Under the pieces are notes generated by a model. That model searched no databases, was not told the origin of the DNA, and saw only the letters and a program-made list of their open reading frames with translations. A program made the position numbers and the translations under genes. Below are positions 1 to 11,878 of a stretch of 64,000 nt of DNA, in pieces (position 1 is the first letter of the stretch; every line of letters starts with the position of its first letter). This DNA is from Auanema rhodensis (lineage: Eukaryota; Animalia; Nematoda). The stretch covers positions 1,488,001-1,552,000 of the forward strand of contig OZ059895.1 in assembly GCA_964057225.1 (NCBI GenBank), given 5' to 3'.

Positions 1-3000
1 CAAAATGTTTTTGGAAGCAATGTTGAGTGTACATGGAAACTCAACATACACTAATGCATCATTTTTCAAACGATCATAACTAATTTTTGTATCACGCGTT
101 TCTCAATGTAGTATAGTGCATTCGATGCGGATTTTTAAGCTGCGTCGCTCTGTGTTATCAGATTTGCGCTAGCTTAAAAATGCACCGAGATATCAACTGA
201 TATAAGTTCACACTTATATCCTCGATTTTCACCCTGAAGAATTAATTTTTTCGTTGAATAACATTGTCCATCGTCTTTGCCTTGAAAAATGGAATCTAAA
301 AACATCTACTTTCTGCTAAATTATTTTGAAATTTTTCGAAAAAATTTTTGTCAAAATGTTTTTGGAAGCAATGTTGAGTGTACATGGAAACTCAACATAC
401 ACTAATTCATCATTTTTCAAACGATCATAACTAATTTTTGTATCAAGCGCTTCTTGATGTAGTATAGTGCATTCGATGCGGATTTTTAAGCTGCGTCGAT
501 CTGTGTTATCAGATTTGCGCTAGCTTAAAAATGCACCGAGATATCAACTGATATAAGTTCACACTTATATCCTCGATTTTCACCCTGAAGAATTAATTTT
601 TTCGTTGAATAACATTGTCCATCGTCTTTGCCTTGAAAAAAGGAATCTAAAAACATCTACTTTTTGCTAAATTATTTTGAAATTTTTCGAAAAAATTTTT
701 GTCAAAATGTTTTTGGAAGCAATGTTGAGTGTACATGGAAACTCAACATACACTAATGCATCATTTTTCAAACGATCATAACTAATTTTTGTATCACGCG
801 TTTCTCAATGTAGTATAGTGCATTCGATGCGGATTTTTAAGCTGCGTCGCTCTGTGTTATCAGATTTGCGCTAGCTTAAAAATGCACCGAGATATCAACT
901 GATATAAGTTCACACTTATATCCTCGATTTTCACCCTGAAGAATTAATTTTTTCGTTGAATAACATTGTCCATCGTCTTTGCCTTGAAAAAAGGAATCTA
1001 AAAACATCTACTTTTTGCTAAATTATTTTGAAATTTTTCGAAAAAATTTTTGTCAAAATGTTTTTGGAAGCAATGTTGAGTGTACATGGAAACTCAACAT
1101 ACACTAATGCATCATTTTTCAAACGATCATAACTAATTTTTGTATCACGCGTTTCTCAATGTAGTATAGTGCATTCGATGCGGATTTTTAAGCTGCGTCG
1201 CTCTGTGTTATCAGATTTGCGCTAGCTTAAAAATGCACCGAGATATCAACTGATATAAGTTCACACTTATATCCTCGATTTTCACCCTGAAGAATTAATT
1301 TTTTCGTTGAATAACATTGTCCATCGTCTTTGCCTTGAAAAATGAAATCTAAAAACATCTACTTTCTGCTAAATTATTTTGAAATTTTTCGAAAAAATTT
1401 TTGTCAAAATGTTTTTGGAAGCAATGTTGAGTGTACATGGAAACTCAACATACACTAATGCATCATTTTTCAAACGATCATAACTAATTTTTGTATCAAG
1501 CGCTTCTTAATGTAGTATAGTGCATTCGATGCGGATTTTTAAGCTGCGTCGATCTGTGTTATCAGATTTGCGCTAGCTTAAAAATGCACCGAGATATCAA
1601 CTGATATAAGTTCACACTTATATCCTCGATTTTCACCCTGAAGAAATAATTTTTTCGTTGAGTAACATCGTCCATCGTCTTTGCCTTGAAAAAAGGAATC
1701 TAAAAACATCTACTTTTTGCTAAATTATTTTGAAATTTTTCGAAAAAATTTTTGTCAAAATGTTTTTGGAAGCAATGTTGAGTGTACATGGAAACTCAAC
1801 ATACACTAATGCATCATTTTTCAAACGATCATAACTAATTTTTGTATCACGCGTTTCTCAATGTAGTATGGTGCATTCGATGCGGATTTTTAAGCTGCGT
1901 CGATCTGTAATATCAGATTTGCGCTAGCTTAAAAATGCACCGAGATATCAACTGATATAAGTTCACACTTATATCCTCGATTTTCACCCTGAAGAATTAA
2001 TTTTTTCGTTGAATAACATTGTCCATCGTCTTTGCCTTGAAAAATGGGATCTAAAAACATCTACTTTTCGCTAAATTATTTTGAAATTTTTCAAAAAAAT
2101 TTTTGTCAAAATGTTTTTGGAAGCAATGTTGAGTGTACATGGAAACTCAACATACACTAATGCATCATTTTTCAAACGATCATAACTAATTTTTGTATCG
2201 AGCGTTTCTTAATGTAGTATAGTGCATTCGATGCGGATTTTTAAGCTGCGTCGATCTGTGTTATCAGATTTGCGCTAGCTTAAAAATGCACCGAGATATC
2301 AACTGATATAAGTTCACACTTATATCCTCGATTTTCACCCTGAAGAAATAATTTTTTCGTTGAATAACATTGTCCATCGTCTTTGCCTTGAAAAAAGGAA
2401 TCTAAAAACATCTACTTTTTGCTAAATTATTTTGAAATTTTTCGAAAAAATTTTTGTCAAAATGTTTTTGGAAGCAATGTTGAGTGTACATGGAAACTCA
2501 ACATACACTAATGCATCATTTTTCAAACGATCATAACTAATTTTTGTATCACGCGTTTCTTAATGTAGTATAGTGCATTCGATGCGGATTTTTAAGCTGC
2601 GTCGCTCTGTGTTATCAGATTTGCGCTAGCTTAAAAATGCACCGAGATATCAACTGATATAAGTTCACACTTATATCCTCGATTTTCACCCTGAAGAATT
2701 AATTTTTTCGTTGAATAACATTGTCCATCGTCTTTGCCTTGAAAAATGGAATCTAAAAACATCTACTTTCTGCTAAATTATTTTGAAATTTTTCGAAAAA
2801 ATTTTTGTCAAAATGTTTTTGGAAGCAATGTTGAGTGTACATGGAAACTCAACATACACTAATGCATCATTTTTCAAACGATCATAACTAATTTTTGTAT
2901 CAAGCGCTTCTTAATGTAGTATAGTGCATTCGATGCGGATTTTTAAGCTGCGTCGATCTGTGTTATCAGATTTGCGCTAGCTTAAAAATGCACCGAGATA

Positions 3001-6000
3001 TCAACTGATATAAGTTCACACTTATATCCTCGATTTTCACCCTGAAGAAATAATTTTTTCGTTGAATAACATCGTCCATCGTCTTTGCCTTGAAAAAAGG
3101 AATCTAAAAACATCTACTTTTTGCTAAATTATTTTGAAATTTTTCGAAAAAATTTTTGTCAAAATGTTTTTGGAAGCAATGTTGAGTGTACATGGAAACT
3201 CAACATACACTAATGCATCATTTTTCAAACGATCATAACTAATTTTTGTATCACGCGTTTCTCAATGTAGTATGGTGCATTCGATGCGGATTTTTAAGCT
3301 GCGTCGATCTGTAATATCAGATTTGCGCTAGCTTAAAAATGCACCGAGATATCAACTGATATAAGTTCACACTTATATCCTCGATTTTCACCCTGAAGAA
3401 TTAATTTTTTCGTTGAATAACATTGTCCATCGTCTTTGCCTTGAAAAATGGGATCTAAAAACATCTACTTTTCGCTAAATTATTTTGAAATTTTTCGAAA
3501 AAATTTTTGTCAAAATGTTTTTGGAAGCAATGTTGAGTGTACATGGAAACTCAACATACACTAATGCATCATTTTTCAAACGATCATAACTAATTTTTGT
3601 ATCAAGCGTTTCTTAATGTAGTATAGTGCATTCGATGCGGATTTTTAAGCTGCGTCGATCTGTGTTATCAGATTTGCGCTAGCTTAAAAATGCACCGAGA
3701 TATCAACTGATATAAGTTCACACTTATATCCTCGATTTTCACCCTGAAGAAATAATTTTTTCGTTGAATAACATTGTCCATCGTCTTTGCCTTGAAAAAA
3801 GGAATCTAAAAACATCTACTTTTTGCTAAATTATTTTGAAATTTTTCGAAAAAATTTTTGTCAAAATGTTTTTGGAAGCAATGTTGAGTGTACATGGAAA
3901 CTCAACATACACTAATGCATCATTTTTCAAACGATCATAACTAATTTTTGTATCACGCGTTTCTTAATGTAGTATAGTGCATTCGATGCGGATTTTTAAG
4001 CTGCGTCGCTCTGTGTTATCAGATTTGCGCTAGCTTAAAAATGCACCGAGATATCAACTGATATAAGTTCACACTTATATCCTCGATTTTCACCCTGAAG
4101 AATTAATTTTTTCGTTGAATAACATTGTCCATCGTCTTTGCCTTGAAAAATGGAATCTAAAAACATCTACTTTCTGCTAAATTATTTTGAAATTTTTCGA
4201 AAAAATTTTTGTCAAAATGTTTTTGGAAGCAATGTTGAGTGTACATGGAAACTCAACATACACTAATGCATCATTTTTCAAACGATCATAACTAATTTTT
4301 GTATCAAGCGCTTCTTAATGTAGTATAGTGCATTCGATGCGGATTTTTAAGCTGCGTCGATCTGTGTTATCAGATTTGCGCTAGCTTAAAAATGCACCGA
4401 GATATCAACTGATATAAGTTCACACTTATATCCTCGATTTTCACCCTGAAGAAATAATTTTTTCGTTGAATAACATTGTCCATCGTCTTTGCCTTGAAAA
4501 AAGGAATCTAAAAACATCTACTTTTTGCTAAATTATTTTGAAATTTTTCGAAAAAATTTTTGTCAAAATGTTTTTGGAAGCAATGTTGAGTGTACATGGA
4601 AACTCAACATACACTAATGCATCATTTTTCAAACGATCATAACTAATTTTTGTATCACGCGTTTCTCAATGTAGTATGGTGCATTCGATGCGGATTTTTA
4701 AGCTGCGTCGATCTGTAATATCAGATTTGCGCTAGCTTAAAAATGCACCGAGATATCAACTGATATAAGTTCACACTTATATCCTCGATTTTCACCCTGA
4801 AGAATTAATTTTTTCGTTGAATAACATTGTCCATCGTCTTTGCCTTGAAAAATGGGATCTAAAAACATCTACTTTTCGCTAAATTATTTTGAAATTTTTC
4901 GAAAAAATTTTTGTCAAAATGTTTTTGGAAGCAATGTTGAGTGTACATGGAAACTCAACATACACTAATGCATCATTTTTCAAACGATCATAACTAATTT
5001 TTGTATCAAGCGTTTTTCAACGTAGTATAGTGCATTCGATGCGGATTTTTAAGCTGCGTCGATCTGTGTTATCAGATTTGCGCTAGCTTAAAAATGCACC
5101 GAGATATCAACTGATATAAGTTCACACTTATATCCTCGATTTTCACCCTGAAGAATTAATTTTTTCGTTGAATAACATTGTCTATCGTCTTTGCCTTGAG
5201 AAATGGAATCTAAAAACATCTACTTTTTGCTAAATTATTTTGAAATTTTTCGAAAAAATTTTTGTCAAAATGTTTTTGGAAGCAATGTTGAGTGTACATG
5301 GAAACTCAACATACACTAATGCATCATTTTTCAAACGATCATAACTAATTTTTGTATCAAGCGTTTCTTGATGTAGTATAGTGCATTCGATGCGGATTTT
5401 TGAGCTGCGTCGATCTGTGTTATCAGATTTGCGCTAGCTTAAAAATGCACCGAGATATCAACTGATATAAGTTCACACTTATATCCTCGATTTTCACCCT
5501 GAAGAAATAATTTTTTCGTTGAATAACATTGTCCATCGTCTTTGCCTTGAAAAAAGGAATCTAAAAACATCTACTTTTTGCTAAATTATTTTGAAATTTT
5601 TCGAAAAAATTTTTGTCAAAATGTTTTTGGAAGCAATGTTGAGTGTACATGGAAACTCAACATACACTAATGCATCATTTTTCAAACGATCATAACTAAT
5701 TTTTGTATCAAGCGCTTCTTAATGTAGTATAGTGCATTCGATGCGGATTTTTAAGCTGCGTCGATCTGTGTTATCAGATTTGCGCTAGCTTAAAAATGCA
5801 CCGAGATATCAACTGATATAAGTTCACACTTATATCCTCGATTTTCACCCTGAAGAAATAATTTTTTCGTTGAATAACATCGTCCATCGTCTTTGCCTTG
5901 AAAAAAGGAATCTAAAAACATCTACTTTTTGCTAAATTATTTTGAAATTTTTCGAAAAAATTTTTGTCAAAATGTTTTTGGAAGCAATGTTGAGTGTACA

Positions 6001-8424
6001 TGGAAACTCAACATACACTAATGCATCATTTTTCAAACGATCATAACTAATTTTTGTATCACGCGTTTCTCAATGTAGTATGGTGCATTCGATGCGGATT
6101 TTTAAGCTGCGTCGATCTGTAATATCAGATTTGCGCTAGCTTAAAAATGCACCGAGATATCAACTGATATAAGTTCACACTTATATCCTCGATTTTCACC
6201 CTGAAGAATTAATTTTTTCGTTGAATAACATTGTCCATCGTCTTTGCCTTGAAAAATGGGATCTAAAAACATCTACTTTTCGCTAAATTATTTTGAAATT
6301 TTTCGAAAAAATTTTTGTCAAAATGTTTTTGGAAGCAATGTTGAGTGTACATGGAAACTCAACATACACTAATGCATCATTTTTCAAACGATCATAACTA
6401 ATTTTTGTATCAAGCGTTTCTTAATGTAGTATAGTGCATTCGATGCGGATTTTTAAGCTGCGTCGATCTGTGTTATCAGATTTGCGCTAGCTTAAAAATG
6501 CACCGAGATATCAACTGATATAAGTTCACACTTATATCCTCGATTTTCACCCTGAAGAAATAATTTTTTCGTTGAATAACATTGTCCATCGTCTTTGCCT
6601 TGAAAAAAGGAATCTAAAAACATCTACTTTTTGCTAAATTATTTTGAAATTTTTCGAAAAAATTTTTGTCAAAATGTTTTTGGAAGCAATGTTGAGTGTA
6701 CATGGAAACTCAACATACACTAATGCATCATTTTTCAAACGATCATAACTAATTTTTGTATCACGCGTTTCTTAATGTAGTATAGTGCATTCGATGCGGA
6801 TTTTTAAGCTGCGTCGCTCTGTGTTATCAGATTTGCGCTAGCTTAAAAATGCACCGAGATATCAACTGATATAAGTTCACACTTATATCCTCGATTTTCA
6901 CCCTGAAGAATTAATTTTTTCGTTGAATAACATTGTCCATCGTCTTTGCCTTGAAAAATGGAATCTAAAAACATCTACTTTCTGCTAAATTATTTTGAAA
7001 TTTTTCGAAAAAATTTTTGTCAAAATGTTTTTGGAAGCAATGTTGAGTGTACATGGAAACTCAACATACACTAATGCATCATTTTTCAAACGATCATAAC
7101 TAATTTTTGTATCAAGCGCTTCTTAATGTAGTATAGTGCATTCGATGCGGATTTTTAAGCTGCGTCGATCTGTGTTATCAGATTTGCGCTAGCTTAAAAA
7201 TGCACCGAGATATCAACTGATATAAGTTCACACTTATATCCTCGATTTTCACCCTGAAGAATTAATTTGTTCGTTGAATAACATTGTCCATCGTCTTTGC
7301 CTTGAAAAATGGAATCTAAAAACATCTACTTTCTGCTAAATTATTTTGAAATTTTTCGAAAAAATTTTTGTCAAAATGTTTTTGGAAGCAATGTTGAGTG
7401 TACATGGAAACTCAACATACACTAATGCATCATTTTTCAAACGATCATAACTAATTTTTGTATCACGCGTTTCTCAATGTAGTATGGTGCATTCGATGCG
7501 GATTTTTAAGCTGCGTCGATCTGTAATATCAGATTTGCGCTAGCTTAAAAATGCACCGAGATATCAACTGATATAAGTTCACACTTATATCCTCGATTTT
7601 CACCCTGAAGAATTAATTTTTTCGTTGAATAACATTGTCCATCGTCTTTGCCTTGAAAAATGGGATCTAAAAACATCTACTTTTCGCTAAATTATTTTGA
7701 AATTTTTCGAAAAAATTTTTGTCAAAATGTTTTTGGAAGCAATGTTGAGTGTACATGGAAACTCAACATACACTAATGCATCATTTTTCAAACGATCATA
7801 ACTAATTTTTGTATCAAGCGTTTTTCAACGTAGTATAGTGCATTCGATGCGGATTTTTAAGCTGCGTCGATCTGTGTTATCAGATTTGCGCTAGCTTAAA
7901 AATGCACCGAGATATCAACTGATATAAGTTCACACTTATATCCTCGATTTTCACCCTGAAGAATTAATTTTTTCGTTGAATAACATTGTCTATCGTCTTT
8001 GCCTTGAGAAATGGAATCTAAAAACATCTACTTTTTGCTAAATTATTTTGAAATTTTTCGAAAAAATTTTTGTCAAAATGTTTTTGGAAGCAATGTTGAG
8101 TGTACATGGAAACTCAACATACACTAATGCATCATTTTTCAAACGATCATAACTAATTTTTGTATCAAGCGTTTCTTGATGTAGTATAGTGCATTCGATG
8201 CGGATTTTTGAGCTGCGTCGATCTGTGTTATCAGATTTGCGCTAGCTTAAAAATGCACCGAGATATCAACTGATATAAGTTCACACTTATATCCTCGATT
8301 TTCACCCTGAAGAAATAATTTTTTCGTTGAATAACATTGTCCATCGTCTTTGCCTTGAAAAAAGGAATCTAAAAACATCTACTTTTTGCTAAATTATTTT
8401 GAAATTTTTCGAAAAAATTTTTGT

Positions 8425-8747
8425 CAAAATGTTTTTGGAAGCAATGTTGAGTGTACATGGAAACTCAACATACACTAATGCATCATTTTTCAAACGATCA
8501 TAACTAATTTTTGAGCTGCGTCGCTCTGTCTTAAGCTGCGTCGCTCTGTGTTATCAGATTTGCGCTAGCTTAAAAATGCACCGAGATATCAACTGATATA
8601 AGTTCACACTTATATCCTCGATTTTCACCCTGAAGAATTAATTTTTTCGTTGAATAACATTGTCCATCGTCTTTGCCTTGAAAAATGGAATCTAAAAACA
8701 TCTACTTTTTGCTAAATTATTTTGAAATTTTTCGAAAAAATTTTTGT
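8425..8747. repeat. 323-bp rearranged satellite monomer (48-bp deletion plus 20-bp local duplication)
   Basis: Reads ...CTAATTTTTGAGCTGCGTCGCTCTGTCTTAAGCTGCGTCGCTCTGTG... and the next monomer starts at 8748. Confidence 0.95.
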
Positions 8748-11555
8748 CAAAATGTTTTTGGAAGCAATGTTGAGTGTACATGGAAACTCAACATACACTA
8801 ATGCATCATTTTTCAAACGATCATAACTAATTTTTGTATCAAGCGCTTCTTAATGTAGTATAGTGCATTCGATGCGGATTTTTAAGCTGCGTCGATCTGT
8901 GTTATCAGATTTGCGCTAGCTTAAAAATGCACCGAGATATCAACTGATATAAGTTCACACTTATATCCTCGATTTTCACCCTGAAGAAATAATTTTTTCG
9001 TTGAATAACATTGTCCATCGTCTTTGCCTTGAAAAAAGGAATCTAAAAACATCTACTTTTTGCTAAATTATTTTGAAATTTTTCGAAAAAATTTTTGTCA
9101 AAATGTTTTTGGAAGCAATGTTGAGTGTACATGGAAACTCAACATACACTAATGCATCATTTTTCAAACGATCATAACTAATTTTTGTATCACGCGTTTC
9201 TCAATGTAGTATGGTGCATTCGATGCGGATTTTTAAGCTGCGTCGATCTGTAATATCAGATTTGCGCTAGCTTAAAAATGCACCGAGATATCAACTGATA
9301 TAAGTTCACACTTATATCCTCGATTTTCACCCTGAAGAATTAATTTTTTCGTTGAATAACATTGTCCATCGTCTTTGCCTTGAAAAATGGGATCTAAAAA
9401 CATCTACTTTTCGCTAAATTATTTTGAAATTTTTCGAAAAAATTTTTGTCAAAATGTTTTTGGAAGCAATGTTGAGTGTACATGGAAACTCAACATACAC
9501 TAATGCATCATTTTTCAAACGATCATAACTAATTTTTGTATCAAGCGTTTTTCAATGTAGTATAGTGCATTCGATGCGGATTTTTAAGCTGCGTCGATCT
9601 GTGTTATCAGATTTGCGCTAGCTTAAAAATGCACCGAGATATCAACTGATATAAGTTCACACTTATATCCTCGATTTTCACCCTGAAGAATTAATTTTTT
9701 CGTTGAATAACATTGTCCATCGTCTTTGCCTTGAAAAATGGGATCTAAAATCATCTACTTTTCGCTAAATTATTTTGAAATTTTTCGAAAAAATTTTTGT
9801 CAAAATGTTTTTGGAAGCAATGTTGAGTGTACATGGAAACTCAACATACACTAATGCATCATTTTTCAAACGATCATAACTAATTTTTGTATCAAGCGTT
9901 TCTTAATGTAGTATAGTGCATTCGATGCGGATTTTTGAGCTGCGTCGATCTGTGTTATCAGATTTGCGCTAGCTTAAAAATGCACCGAGATATCAACTGA
10001 TATAAGTTCACACTTATATCCTCGATTTTCACCCTGAAGAATTAATTTTTTCGTTGAATAACATTGTCCATCGTCTTTGCCTTGAAAAATGAAATCTAAA
10101 AACATCTACTTTTTGCTAAATTATTTTGAAATTTTTCGAAAAAATTTTTGTCAAAATGTTTTTGGAAGCAATGTTGAGTGTACATGGAAACTCAACATAC
10201 ACTAATGCATCATTTTTCAAACGATCATAACTAATTTTTGTATCAAGCGTTTTTCAATGTAGTATAGTGCATTCGATGCGGATTTTTAAGCTGCGTCGAT
10301 CTGTGTTATCAGATTTGCGCTAGCTTAAAAATGCACCGAGATATCAACTGATATAAGTTCACACTTATATCCTCGATTTTCACCCTGAAGAATTAATTTT
10401 TTCGTTGAATAACATTGTCCATCGTCTTTGCCTTGAAAAATGAAATCTAAAAACATCTACTTTTTGCTAAATTATTTTGAAATTTTTCGAAAAAATTTTT
10501 GTCAAAATGTTTTTGGAAGCAATGTTGAGTGTACATGGAAACTCAACATACACTAATGCATCATTTTTCAAACGATCATAACTAATTTTTGTATCAAGCG
10601 TTTCTTAATGTAGAATAGTGCATTCGATGCGGATTTTTAAGCTGCGTCGATCTGTGTTATTAGATTTGCGCTAGCTTAAAAATGCACCGAGATATCAACT
10701 GATATAAGTTCACACTTATATCCTCGATTTTCACCCTGAAGAAATAATTTTTTCGTTGAATAACATTGTCCATCGTCTTTGCCTTGAAAAAAGGAATCTA
10801 AAAACATCTACTTTTTGCTAAATTATTTTGAAATTTTTCGAAAAAATTTTTGTCAAAATGTTTTTGGAAGCAATGTTGAGTGTACATGGAAACTCAACAT
10901 ACACTAATGCATCATTTTTCAAACGATCATAACTAATTTTTGTATCACGCGTTTCTCAATGTAGTATAGTGCATTCGATGCGGATTTTTAAGCTGCGTCG
11001 ATCTGTAATATCAGATTTGCGCTAGCTTAAAAATGCACCGAGATATCAACTGATATAAGTTCACACTTATATCCTCGATTTTCACCCTGAAGAATTAATT
11101 TTTTCGTTGAATAACATTGTCCATCGTCTTTGCCTTGAGAAATGGAATCTAAAAACATCTACTTTTTGCTAAATTATTTTGAAATTTTTCGAAAAAATTT
11201 TTGTCAAAATGTTTTTGGAAGCAATGTTGAGTGTACATGGAAACTCAACATACACTAATGCATCATTTTTCAAACGATCATAACTAATTTTTGTATCAAG
11301 CGTTTCTTAATGTAGTATAGTGCATTCGATGCGGATTTTTGAGCTGCGTCGATCTGTGTTATCAGATTTGCGCTAGCTTAAAAATGCACCGAGATATCAA
11401 CTGATATAAGTTCACACTTATATCCTCGATTTTCACCCTGAAGAAATAATTTTTTCGTTGAATAACATTGTCCATCGTCTTTGCCTTGAAAAAAGGAATC
11501 TAAAAACATCTACTTTTTGCTAAATTATTTTGAAATTTTTCGAAAAAATTTTTGT

Positions 11556-11878
11556 CAAAATGTTTTTGGAAGCAATGTTGAGTGTACATGGAAACTCAAC
11601 ATACACTAATGCATCATTTTTCAAACGATCATAACTAATTTTTGAGCTGCGTCGCTCTGTCTTAAGCTGCGTCGCTCTGTGTTATCAGATTTGCGCTAGC
11701 TTAAAAATGCACCGAGATATCAACTGATATAAGTTCACACTTATATCCTCGATTTTCACCCTGAAGAATTAATTTTTTCGTTGAATAACATTGTCCATCG
11801 TCTTTGCCTTGAAAAATGGAATCTAAAAACATCTTCTTTTCGCTAAATTATTTTGAAATTTTTCGAAAAAATTTTTGT
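11556..11878. repeat. Second copy of the 323-bp rearranged monomer
   Basis: Identical junction at about 11636-11680, 3131 bp (323 + 8x351) after the first copy. Confidence 0.95.

Noticed and set aside
82-89. AATTTTTG as an Sm-binding site (snRNA/SmY-like gene array)
   Set aside because: Expected by chance in T-tract-rich DNA, and I recognise no snRNA, SL or 5S homology or promoter.
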